NCBI RefSeq assembly: GCF_963921235.1
Contig: NC_086097.1
Span: forward strand, 80,726,001 to 80,790,000
Reading direction: 5' to 3'
Origin: Mobula hypostoma
Lineage: Eukaryota
DNA length: 64,000 bases
Shown in pieces: positions 39,451 to 51,635 of the stretch. How positions within the stretch are numbered: the stretch's first letter is position 1; the number at the start of each line of letters is the position of its first letter. The notes beneath the pieces are model-generated. The model ran no database searches. It worked only from the letters and a program-made list of their open reading frames with translations, and was not told where the DNA came from. Made by a program: the position numbers and the translations under genes.

Positions 39451-40015
39451 AAGTGGCTACTGCTGTCAGAATCACTTCTTGCAATCTCTGAGGCAACTCC
39501 TAATACCATGGAAGGGGGTCCCAGAACCAAAGATTGTTTTCACAGCCACAAGTCTCACCTGCCAGGGAGAGTGATTCCCCCTTGTCAGGAAGTTGTGATC
39601 TCACTAGAGCAAGAGAAATCGTCCACAGCAATTAAATCTTTAGGTTTGAATGGGAAAATTTAAAACTTCCTCTGCTGTGGATGTCTGTATATAGTAGTTG
39701 TATTATATAATATACTGTGTATATAGTTAAGATGCATTATCTATTGAGTTAGAGTTTATAGCTAAGCAGGGAGGAGTGTTGTGTATTTAATATTTCAGTA
39801 GCATTTGAGTAATATTGTAAATATATTGGTTGATTAAGCATTCTTGTTCATTTGAATAATTCATTATGGGTTATATGTAAAAATATGTGATTGCATATGT
39901 CATCACGCTACCACGTGCTATATGTGCGCCTCACTTAAAGTAACCGTGAAGTTAGACTCACATTTTGGACTCCCATGTCTTCCTCTGAATTATTTTAATG
40001 TTTTGAGTTATAACA
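39446..40015 (+). mobile_element. Gypsy 3' end: integrase tail, 3' UTR, PPT and 3' LTR (39777-40015)
   Basis: Reverse-complement homology to 41655-42225. PPT agcagggaggag is followed by TGTT...AACA. Confidence 0.9.
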
Positions 40016-40422
40016 CATTCTTGGAAAACAAAGGCGGAATAGGTCGGGGACTGAAGTGAGGATGAGGATCCCTGGAAAGCAAATCAATGGATCATGAAGG
40101 CTGAGTGTATTTGAAATTAGGGCTTGATCATTAGGATAACTTCTACGCCAGGATTTAGTGTTCATGTGTTATAGAATCCAGAGTGCGATAGACGCATGTG
40201 GACACAAAAGCATTCGTAATGACTGAATAAACCACGTATGCTTCAGAGCCTAAATAATTCATGCAACACCTTACTACATCTCTGCTAATTCAATCCTCTC
40301 CCATCGCTGTCTTTGTTGTCATCTTGCATGTCTAATAGTGGGAGACCAGAACCATTGTTTTCTCTTCACCACAAAGTGTTGCCCATCCCCTAAGCCTGAA
40401 TATAAGTCGCTATACAGCTTTG

Positions 40423-40520
40423 AGCAACACACACAAAATGCTGGAGGAACTCAGAAGGTCAGGCAGCATCTATGGAGGGAAATAAACATTTGACGCTTCA
40501 GGTCCAGATCCTTCATGAGC
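40423..40520 (-). mobile_element. Penelope-like terminal fragment with a decayed hammerhead
   Basis: cacacaaaatgctggaggaactcag...gacgcttcaggtccagatccttcatgag. Confidence 0.8.
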
Positions 40521-41654
40521 ACTTGTCTGCAGAATCTCTTACGTCTATGCTAATTTGTGCTTTCCTGTTCCTGTGTAGAATTCTTCATTCCATCACCACC
40601 TCAGTAAAATAACAGGCTGCCTTCACCTCTGTAATAATACCGTCCTTATCTCTGCCTTGGTCCACTGGCTGTCAAAACCCTTCATGATACACCTGTTGGC
40701 CTCAGACTTAACTATCCATCTATTTTTGCTGTTTAGCTATTCCTCCTTAAACCCTGCATAAACTTCTGCTCAACTAAGATCCTGCTGCTCATAATTGGTT
40801 ATCAGAAAAGTCTGTCCACCTATCTCAAGATGTTTTGAGAAGAGATCACGATTGCTTGAATTTCATTTGGAATGGCTGAGCTTGAAGCGTCAAAGTCCTC
40901 TTTAATCACTTCATAAATAAACTGTATCAAAATTAAAGAGCTGTTGAATTTGAAACATTTGGAATTAACACAATCCTATCTGCATGAGTATTGATTGGAT
41001 TATTTGTACTCTGCTGCATAACATTAAAACAGCATAAAGTGAAAATGGGAGCTATCTCACCCTTACATGCAAAGGATGACGTCTGTGTTAGGAGAGAGAG
41101 AGACAGAGGAGCTCTTGCCAGATTCTAAATTAGTGACACATTCCCTCCTTGCTTAAATGATGAATGACAATTAAAGCTGATTAAGATTAATGATCAGTGT
41201 AGCTTTTTGTACAGCAGCACATTCTGCAGAGCACCTGCAATCAAATCAATTATCCACCACTCTTGGCTTATCAGGTTTGAAATGATAATCCCCTACTAAA
41301 CATTTACACAAAGATATTAGAATAGTCATTATAAATCTTAAATGAAATGGTTTGGACAAACCAGTTCAAATTATGAACCAGAATGCTACTACCTCACTAT
41401 TTCATATCAATACAGCTACAAAGAAGGTAAGATAGTGATTATTTTTCATCAGGAGTTTGAGGAGATTTGGCTTGTCATCTAAAACACTCAAACATCTACA
41501 GATGTACCTTGGAGAGCATTCTGTCTGGCTGCATCGCTGTCTGGTGTGTGGGCAAGGGGGGAGGGGGAGGATGACAATAATAAGATTCAACAAATCACAA
41601 TGAACTGTGACTTCACTGCAATTGCACAAAAGGCACTGAAAGCTAATGTGTACG

Positions 41655-44600
41655 TGTTATGTTTTGTATCTTCAAAACATTAAATTAATTCGAAGGAAGA
41701 CATGGGGAGTTCGAAATGTGTCTAACTTTAAGTTTACATTAAGTGAGGTGCACACATATTACGTGGTTGTGACGACATACACAATTCACGTATTTTTACA
41801 TATAATTCGTAATGAATTATTTACACAAACAAGAATACTTAATCAAACAATATATTTACAATATTACTCAAATATTACTGAATTATTAAATACATAAGAC
41901 TCCTCCCTGCCTAGCTATAAATTCCAACTCATTAGAGAATGCATCTCAACTATATACGCACTATATTGTATAATATAACTACTAAATACAGACATCCATA
42001 ACAGTAAATTTTAAATTGTTCTATTCAGGCTTAAAGATCTAATCGCTGTGGAGGATTTCTTACTCTTGTGGGATAATGTCTTTCATGTCAAGGGGGATCA
42101 CCCTACTTGGCATGTGAGACTTGTGGCTGTGAAATCTCAGGTTCTGGGGCCTCTGCGGTGGTTGTAGGAGTTGACTTTGAGATGAAAGGAAATGGTTCTG
42201 ATAGTGGTAGCCAACTTTCTTCTCTTACAATTGAATCTACTCTCCTTAACTGATCGATGTGTTGTCTCCAGATGATATCAGACACAGTCTCCACAGTGTA
42301 GGAGAGTGGTCTAGTTTTGTCCTTACTCTTTGCAATTAGTGACTTTGATCACCTCTGCAGTCCCACTCCAAGATTGTTTTTCCAGCTGTAGTGGAGGCTA
42401 TTGGGAACATTTCTGACCATATTGGAGCTGCATCCACTACTACCAAGAAATCTGTGCTCATGAATCCTCTGCCAGGGCAGTGCAGCCTACCCCAGGGATG
42501 GAAAGCTGCTGTTCTTCGCATCTTCTGGACATGTTGGCATTCTGCACAATACATGGCAAGCCGCTCAATCTGCTGGTCTATCCCAAGCCACCAGACAAAG
42601 CTTTGAGCCAGCGCTTTCATTTTAATCACTCTTGGATCACTGCTATGTAGATCCTCCAACACTTTTAGTTCTCAGCTTGGATGGTACAAAACTCTCAATT
42701 CCCACATATGGCAACCTCCATCAAGGGCAAATTAATCTTGTTTCTCGTTGATTAAAATTGTGAACTGGAGTTTCTGTTTCACATCCAGCCATTTTGGATG
42801 GCCATGTAGACCTGAGACAGTGTGGGGTCTATTTTGGTTTCCCTTTGGATCATCTCTGCCATAATAGGGAGATATTTGATGTGCATTAAGGAGAATACAT
42901 CAAGAGATGTGTCTGTTTTTGTGGTATTTCTTTTATTTCTTCTTCCAAGGGTAAATGGGACATTCCATCTGCATGTCTATGATTAGTTGTCCTCTCGAAT
43001 TCAAACTTATTATTGTGTCCTCAGAGAAATAGGGTCTAACTCTGCATTCATGTTGCTGCTGTTAGTGGAACACCCCTCTGTGGAGTGGCTGATGATTAGT
43101 AACGAGGACTAACACTCTCCAGATAGCTGGAGGGAAAGTAGTTTTGAGGAAGTAGAGAGAGCCTTCAGAAGGACTTAGACAGATTAAGAGAATGGGCAAA
43201 GAAATGGCAGATGGAATACAGTGTCAGGACGTGCATGTTTATGTACTTTGGTGGAAGAAATGTTGACCGTTTTCTAAATGGAGAGAAAACACAAAAAACT
43301 GAGGCACAAGGGGACTTGGGAGTCCTTGTGCAGGATTCCCTAAAGGTTAATCTGCAGGTTGAGTCTGTAGTGAGGAAGACAAATGCAACGTTAGCATTTG
43401 TTTCAAGAGGGCTAGAATATAAAAGCAAGGACATAATGTTGAGACTTTATAAAGCACCAGTGAGGCCTCACTTGGAGTATTGCAAGCTGGTTTGGGCCGC
43501 TTAGCTTAGAAAGGATGAGCTGAAATGGTAGAGGGTTCAAAGAAAGTTCATGATAATGATTCTAGGAATGAATGGCTTGTCGTATGAAGAGTGTTTGATG
43601 GCTCTGGGTGTGTATTCACTAGAAATCAGAAGAATTAGGAGTGCCCTTATTGAAACCTATTGAATGGTGAAATGATAGAGTGATGTGGAGAGGATGTTTC
43701 CTATGGTGGGAGAGTCTAAGACCAGAGGGCACAGCTTCAGAAAAGAGGGGCATCCTTTTAGAACAGAGATGAGGAGGAATCCCTTTAGCCAGAGAGTAAT
43801 GAGTCTGTGGCAGCTGTGGAGGCCAGGTTCGTATGTATATTGAAGGCAGACATTGATAGATTCTTGATTCATCAGGGCATGAAGGGATATGGGCAGAAAG
43901 CAGGAGATTGGGGCTGAGAGGAAAATTGGGTCAGCCTTGATGAAATGGCAGAGCAGACTCAATGGGCCAAATGCCCCAATTCTGTCCCTATATCTTATGG
44001 TCCACACAAGTACTGGTTAAAATGTTTTAGATCCCAAACCAAACTCAAGGCCTTTCTGTCCATCTGTGCCTATTTTTTTCTCTGCCACAAGAAAGGAACA
44101 GGATACAATGGTTATGGGGTGTTCACCTCCATCACTCGAAACATGTGACATGACTGCACCGACACCTCAAAGCGAGGCGTCACTAACATGCTTCCCTGAA
44201 CGTTGTCAATCATGATGTGTCAGTACAATGTCTGACGTTACCTTTTGGAAAGACTCCTCACACTGCTTTGTCCATTGCCATTTCCTCCTGATCTGCAGTA
44301 ATGAGTTCAAGGGGTGGAGCACAGGTTTGGCAGGAACCTGTTATAGTAGTTGACAAATCATTAAAAGGACCATAACTGTGACTTGCTCTTTGACCTTGGG
44401 GCATCCACCACTGCTTGAATTTTCTCAGCACACTTGTGTAATCCTTCTGGTTTAATAGATCAATAGTGTGACAACAGTAAGTGCTGCTTGGTTTAAAGAA
44501 TTCACACTTGTCACATTGTGCTCTGAGCCCATAAATCTTATAATCTTTTTAGCACTATCTTGAGGTTTTGGAGATGTTCTTTCTCATCCTTATCGGTAAC

Positions 44601-46836
44601 AATGATGCCATCTGGGTAACAGTGAGTGACTGGGAATCCTTGCAGCATCTGGTCCATCGCTTTCTGCCAGATTACTCTAGACTTCTCCAAAAATAAGCTT
44701 ATTATAGAGATAATGCCCTTTCTGAGTGCTTGTGGTGAGAAACACTTTGGACTCTTCAATCTCCAGCTGCAAGTAGAACTCAGCCAAGTCCACTTTGCTA
44801 ATGTGTTTTTCTCCAGAAATGTTTGCAATGATAGCCTCTATTGTGGGCAGAGGGTACTGAGCTACTTTCAGTCCTGAGTTGATGGTGACCTTAAAATCAC
44901 CACAGATCCTGACAGATACATTCTCCTTGGCGACTGGGAGCACTGGCGTTGCCCAGGGACTCCGCTCAACCTTGGAAAGAATTTCTTCAGCCTCCATGCA
45001 GTCTAGCTCACTGGCTACATTACCACTGATGGTATAAGGAGCAAGATGGGCTTTACAAAACTTGGGTGTGTCATTGTCACTGAATGCAATTTTACCCTTA
45101 ATATGTTTGAGTTTTCCAGTCCCATCCTTGAACACTGCTGTAGCATCATCCAGTATCTTTCTCAATTCGCTTTCATATGACTTCATTGCAGTGGATGTGG
45201 CATGCAAATGGTGAAAAGATTTTCAATCAAGTTGTAGTTGTCTCAGCCAAACACATCCCCACGATACTGGTCCTTCTGTTAATACCACATGCAAGCTCAA
45301 TGTGGCTTGTTGGTTGTTGTATTTCACTCTTATGAATGCCATTCCCACATGAGTTATCTTTTCTCCAGTGTAAATTTCTTAGTTGGATATCTGCAGGCTT
45401 CCATTCAGTATCTTTAAAATGCCGTTGAAACTCATTTTGTGGAATGACTGAAATAGCTGAGCCAGTGTCCAATTCGGTTTTAATTAATTTGCTGTTCACT
45501 TCTGATGTTAGCCATATTGCTTTTCTATTGTTAATTTCCACACTGTAAATCTCAAGGCTACATAGTCCTGTGTTACTCTCATCGTTCTTGGACTTTTCAT
45601 CAACAGCGTGCAGATTAGTGCTCTTTTTGAAACTGCAAATGAACTTGTTAGCTTTTTCTTTTCCCTGAACATTCCATTTATTTTGTCTGCCTGATGTGCT
45701 CTTTTAGGTGCCATACTTTGTTGCATTTTCTACAAATTTCAATTTTAATCTGATTTGGTCTGGCATATGTGACCCCTGGCCACAAAGGTAACATTAGTTA
45801 TTCGGCCAGGCCTGTTTCTGTTTGGTCGCTGCTATTTTGTTCACCTTCACTTTCATTCCTGACTGTAACTCAATTGTGTCTCTGTCTGTGGTTTCCATTG
45901 AAACCTCAATTTCAACTGCTCTTTTAAGTGTAATTTGTGCTTCAGTTTGGACCTGTTTTTGAATGCTTCCATGTTAGAGCCCACAAACTAAACAATCTCT
46001 CAGTGCATTATTAAGCCTATTACTGAACTGAAAATGCTCAGATATTCACTTCAATTCAGCCATGTACACTGAAATAGACTCCCCTTCTTTTTGATTCCAC
46101 TTATCAAACCTAAAACATTCTGAAATCAACAATGCCTTCAGTTCTAAATGTTCCTTCATTACTTTAACAATATCTGCAAAGCTCATTTCTGCTGGTTTGG
46201 TTGGAACAGTCAAACTTTCAAGCAAACAATATGCCTTTAACCTAATGCACTCAGCAAAATTGGTACTGTTTTTCATTGATTATTTCATTTGCTTCAAAAT
46301 ATTGTTGAATTAGCTCAGTATACATAAGCCAGTTACCCATTGTGTAATCAAACTTGTTAATCTTTCTGATGTAGCCGGCCATTTCTGATTATAAAAAAAT
46401 AACTATTATCACCTTGTACTCACTCTTTATGAACCTTCTGTTTTCTGACTTTTTTTTAAACTCAATCATGTCTTCACTTTAGAAGAACATGGGCTGTGTT
46501 GCCTTTTTTAACTCCAAGTTTCTCACTGTTTTTTTTCTTTCGAATGTCTTGCTGCAATTCAATAGGTCAAGAGTCATCTTAGGTTTGTTTTAAAAATACC
46601 TTGTCACCAATGTCATGTTTTTTAACTCCAAAATATTAAATTAATTCAAAGGAAGACATGGGAGTCCCAAATGTGCGACTAGATTTAAGCTAGGTATGCA
46701 TATATCACATGGAAGTGTGATGATATCTGCATATCACGTATTAATACTTATAACATATAATGAATTATTTAAACAAACAGGAATGCTTAATCAAACAATA
46801 TATTTACAATATAACTGAAATATTAAGTGCACAACA
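41655..46836 (-). mobile_element. Full-length decayed Ty3/Gypsy LTR retrotransposon
   Basis: LTRs at 46611-46836 and 41655-41899, TSD gtacg/gtaag, PBS-like ttggtgacaag and PPT. gag from ATG 46382, protease ELDTGSAISV, RT WATPV..RICGDFK and integrase KMKALAQSFVWW...C..C. Confidence 0.95.
43121..44021 (+). mobile_element. CR1 3' fragment inserted in the Gypsy RNase H region
   Basis: DLGVLVQDSLKV and VRPHLEYC with a cttatggt tail. Separates Gypsy HFNQYLC from LVTNHQPL. Confidence 0.9.
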
Positions 46837-47217
46837 GTAAGTGCAACAGGCAATAAGGAAGACAATTGTTCTTTATTGCAAGTCAATTTCCTCTAAATAC
46901 ATGGGTAGACCTTGTTGAAAGCTTACCCTCATGGTCACCACTGAGGCTTATCAGAGACATAGCCCCTCCCTGCAGCTTAATGAGTTCCTACCTTCTTCCC
47001 TTTTCTACTGAAGGGTCTTCAACCAAAATGGTTAGCTCTGGTTTTCTTCTCACAGAGTTACTGAGAATTTCCAACATTTTCCATTTTTTTTTACACAAAG
47101 AGTAAAGATATTTTATTCCAACATATTAGACCCTGATGAGACCACTCTTGAAGTACTGTGAACATTTTTGCTCTTGCAAAAAAGAAAATTGGAATAAACC
47201 TGCCACAGAAAGAGCAT

Positions 47218-47350
47218 AAACAAGAGAAAATCTGCAGATGCTGGAAATCCAAACAACACACACAAAATGCTGGAGGAACTCAGCAGGCCTGGCAGCATCT
47301 ATAGAAAAGAGAACAGTCGACGTTTCAGGGCAAAACCCTTCATCAGCCTG
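47218..47350 (-). mobile_element. Penelope-like terminal fragment
   Basis: Same tail as the other Penelope copies. Confidence 0.88.
47314..47350 (-). ncRNA. Minimal type I hammerhead ribozyme motif with intact core
   Basis: cagg-CTGATGA-agggttttgccct-GAAA-C-GTC-gactg. The 5' strand of stem I is imperfect. Confidence 0.75.
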
Positions 47351-47755
47351 AGTATAGCAAAGAGTATAGCAAAGATTCATGGAATCTGTTATAGAATGAG
47401 TGACTGAACAGGTTAGGAGTCTTTTCCATACAACTTAAAGTAATGAGAAGTGACCAAAATTTACAAAATTCTCAGAGGGCTGAATAGAGAGCATGGTTTC
47501 CCTGGATGTGGAAACTATAACAAGAGGTGTTAGTCTCAAGTTAAGATGAAGGCCTCTGAGGATTGAGATGAGGAGAAATATTCACAGTTCTCTACCCTGG
47601 ATGACTGTGGAGGGGAAATCACTGATTGATTTTAAAGAGAGAGATCAGTAAATGTCAGTATATTAGAGCAATCAAGAGATATGGGGAAAACAGTAAGACC
47701 AATCATTATCTTGTTGATAGGCAGGAAAATGATAAGACCATGATTTTGTCATAAG

Positions 47756-49830
47756 ACCATATGTGGTCGATGTTTAGAGATCTCTTGCACAAAGTTAGGG
47801 ATAAATTTGTTCCGGTGAGGAAGGTAAAGACTGGTAGGGTGAAGGAACCATGAGTGACAAGTGAGGTGGAAAATCTAGTCAGGTGGAAGAAGGCAGCATA
47901 CATGAGGTTTAGGAAGCAAGGATCAGATGGGTCTATTGAGTAATATAGGGAAGCAAGGAAGGAGCTTAGGAAGGGGCTGAGAAGAGCAAGAAGGGGGCAT
48001 GAGAAGGCCTTGGCGAGTAGGGTAAAGGAAAACCCCAAGGCATTCTTCAATTATGTGAAGAAAAAAAGGATGACAGGAGTGAAGGTAGGACCGATTAGAG
48101 ATAAAGGTGCGAAGAATTGCCTGGAGGCTGTGGAAGTGAGCGAGGTCCTCAATGAATACTTCTCTTCGGTATTCACCAATGAGAGGGAACTTGATGATGG
48201 TGAGGACAATATGAGTGAGGTTGATGTTCTGGAGCATGTTGATATTAAGAGAGAGGAGGTGTTGGAGTTGTTAAAATACATTAGAATGGATAAGTCACCG
48301 GGGCCTGACGGAATATTCCCCAGGCTGCTCCTCGAGGTGAGGGAAGAGATTGCTGAGCCTCTGGCTAGGATCTTTATGTCCTCATTGACCACCAGAATGG
48401 TACCAGAGGATTGGAGGGAGGCAAATGTTGTCCCCTTGTTCAAAAAAGGTAGTAGGGATAGTCTGGGTAATTATAGGCCAGTGAGCCTTACGTCTGTGGT
48501 GGGAAAGCTGTTGGAAAAGATTCTTAGAGATAGGATCTATAGGCATTTAGAGAATCATGGTCTGATCAGGGACAGTCAGCATGGCTTTGTGAAGGGCAGA
48601 TCGTGTCTAACAAGCCTGATAGAGTTCTTTGAGGAGGTGACCAGGCATATAGATGAGGGTAGTGCAGTGGATGTGATCTATATGGATTTGAGTAAGGCAT
48701 TTGACAAGGTTCCACACGGTAGGCTTATTCAGAAAGTCAGAAGGCATGGGATCCAGGGAAGTTTGGCCAGGTGGATTCAGAATTTGCTTGCCTGCAGAAG
48801 GCAGAGGGTGGTGGTGGAGGGAGTACATTCAGCTTGGAGGATTGTGACTAGTGGTGTCCCACAAGGATTTGTTCCAGGACCTCTACTTTTTGTGATTTTT
48901 ATTAACGACCTAGATATGGGGGTAGAAGGGTGGGTTGGCAAGTTTGCAGACGACACAAAGGTTGGTGGTGTTGTAGATAGTGTAGAGGATTGTCGAAGAT
49001 TGCAGAGAGACATTGATAGGATGCAGAAGTGGGCTGAGAAATGGCAGATGGAGTACAACCCGGAGAAGTGTGAGGTGGTACACTTTGGAAGGACAAACTC
49101 CAAGGCAGAGTACAAAGCAAATGGCAGGATACTTGGTAGTGTGGAGGAACAGAGGGATCTGGGGGTACCTGTCCACAGATCCCTGAAAGTTGCTACACAA
49201 GTAGATAGGGTAGTTAAGAAAGCTTGTGGGGTGTTAGCTTTCATAAGTCAAGGGATAGAGTTTAAGAGTTGCGATGTAATGATGCAGCTCTATAAAACTC
49301 TGGTTAGGCCACAATTGGAGTACTGTGTCCAGTTCTGGTCGCCTCACTATAGGAACGATATGGAAGCATTGGAAAGGGTACAAAGGAGATTTACCTGGAT
49401 GCTGCCTGGTTTAGAGAGTATGCATTATGATCAGAGATTAAGGGAGCTAGGGCTTTACTCTTTGGAGAGAAGGAGGATGAGAGGAGACATTATAGAGGTG
49501 TATAAGATAATAAGAGGAATAGATAGAGTGGATAGCTAGCACCTCTTCCTCAGGGCACCACTGCTCAATACAAGAGGACATGGCTTTAAGGTAAGGGATG
49601 GGAAGTTCAAAGGGGATATTAGAGGAAGGTTTTTTTACTCAGAGAGTGGTTGATGCGTGGAATGCACTCCCTGAGTCAGTGGTGGAGGCAGATACACTAG
49701 AGAAGTTTAAGAGACTACTAGACAGGTATATAGAGGAATTTAAGGTGGGGGTTATATGGAAGGCAGGGCTTGAGGGTCGGCAGAACATGTGGGCCGAAGG
49801 GCCTGCAATGTGCTGTACTATGTTCTATGG
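47756..49830 (+). mobile_element. 5'-truncated CR1 LINE with a long RT ORF (48010-49539), inside an older CR1 (47385-47750, 49835-49900)
   Basis: KSPGPDG, NYRPVSL, SKAFDKVPH, GVPQG and FADD. Confidence 0.93.
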
Positions 49831-51635
49831 TTTTGTTGAATGGTGGAACAAGATTAAGAGACTGGATTGCCTACTCCTGCTCCTATTTCTTATATTCATG
49901 TGAACAGTTTGGTGTTTTTTGAAGCAGATATGAACTTCCATCCCCACAAAGCAACAGACTTACTATTTCCTACTTTAAAAATGCATGTCATCTTTAGATT
50001 TACCATTCATTTACTTGAACAAAAGCAAAGCAATTTATCTACAATACTTAGCCTGTTATTTTTCATCTCAATTTTATTTGTTGTCACTCACCTTCACCCT
50101 TATTTATACCAGAGAATGGCAAGCTGAGCAGCTTTCCACTAATACCATGGGTTCCACTGCACTCTTCACTCCTACAAGACAATGTACAGTATGTCAGTGT
50201 AAGCACTTTCACAACTCACAATGTACCCCTGTAGTGCTCCAGACCAGCTGCTATTCCCTCCTTGTACAGCATTTATTAGAAATGAATTAGCATTCGACAA
50301 TTATGCAGCTGTTTTTACCACCAGTCTGAGTGATACACATAAATAAATAAAAGGAAATATTCCACTCATTATGGAAGATGATGAATGGATTTGAATTTTC
50401 TCATTTTCTGTGAGATTCCTTGGTTGTTCTCTGTTCTAGGTTACAGGAACACAAAGGTCATTGGATTGAATTGTCAAAAGGCTTTGGTAGCCTGTATCAT
50501 CTAAAGATTCCTCTTAGATTGTCCTTAATTTTTTTGTTTTTGGATTAGTTGCTACTGTAATGACTTTTATCAATGTTTATTATGCAAGTTGTAAAGACAC
50601 TATTGACTATTGTACAGATTTTTACAATAGTTCCCCAACTTTCTGGCAACTTATTCAAAATACATAATAGTAATAGGAACCAACAGTAAACTATAGAGCT
50701 ATTAATTAAAGGTCAGGCTGAAAACAGATGCAAAAATGAAACAGAATTCTAAAATAAAATATTTTGCAACTTATTACATTGGAATTGTTGGGAAATCTAA
50801 ATTCTAATGTTTAAATATATTGTAACAGAATATGTTTTAAAATCTAATTTTCAGTTATATTGATATTCCCAGATATTTTTATAGAACAAGTATCTATTTT
50901 CACTACTTTATATCTACAAATCTCAAAGTGAAAGATAAAAATAATTCATATTGTTCAACAAAAGATGCATCTCTGGTGTGGATTTCTTGAATTCCTACAG
51001 TCCATATCATTTTACACAGCCTTTTAACACAAAACTTTCTGGAAAATTTATTTCAACTGTACTTTAATTCTTCAGGGTGTGGAATCCTGTAATTTGTATA
51101 GCAACATTATCATTGGAGAGAGTTAGTAAAATGTATTCTTGAGCTAATTAGTGTACTGGCAGCAAGTGTGTATCAACACGGATGCATTCAGTCACCCTTA
51201 GTCATTTGGAGAACTTGTTCACATGAAAATGTGAGCTCATAGGAACATACTTCTGGATTCTGTAAGGTTGGACAGATCTTTGATTAAGTTTTCCGTGGAA
51301 ACATGGATTAGTGTGTTCAAGCATGCAGCCAAATTAATTGAAAACTGCAATAATGCAGCGTCATCCATTTACTAAGTATCAGGACAAAATGCTTCCTATT
51401 CCTGCATTTACAAAGTGCTGACCAAAACAATAATTTGTTTCCCTACAAACACCCTTGTGGGAGACAAGTTATACCGGACCCAATGAGAACTAGTTTTCCA
51501 GAAATGCAAGACTATCAAATTTGAGAAAAAAAAACTTAAGCTGACACTGTAATATAGCAATGATTACTTATGTTCATAATAATAATCTTCAAAGTCTATA
51601 CATTCTAGGAGAAGGTGGATGAAGTGCCTCATAAT

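Noticed and set aside
39044..39574. 176-aa ORF as a functional RBM25 gene or chimeric protein
   Set aside because: It starts mid-RRM, has compensating frameshifts through the domain and disruptions upstream, and its tail is mostly out-of-frame Gypsy sequence.
47005..47090. Additional hammerhead copy (ctgaagggtcttcaaccaaaatg)
   Set aside because: Probably an old Penelope remnant, but the core and stems are too degraded to call.
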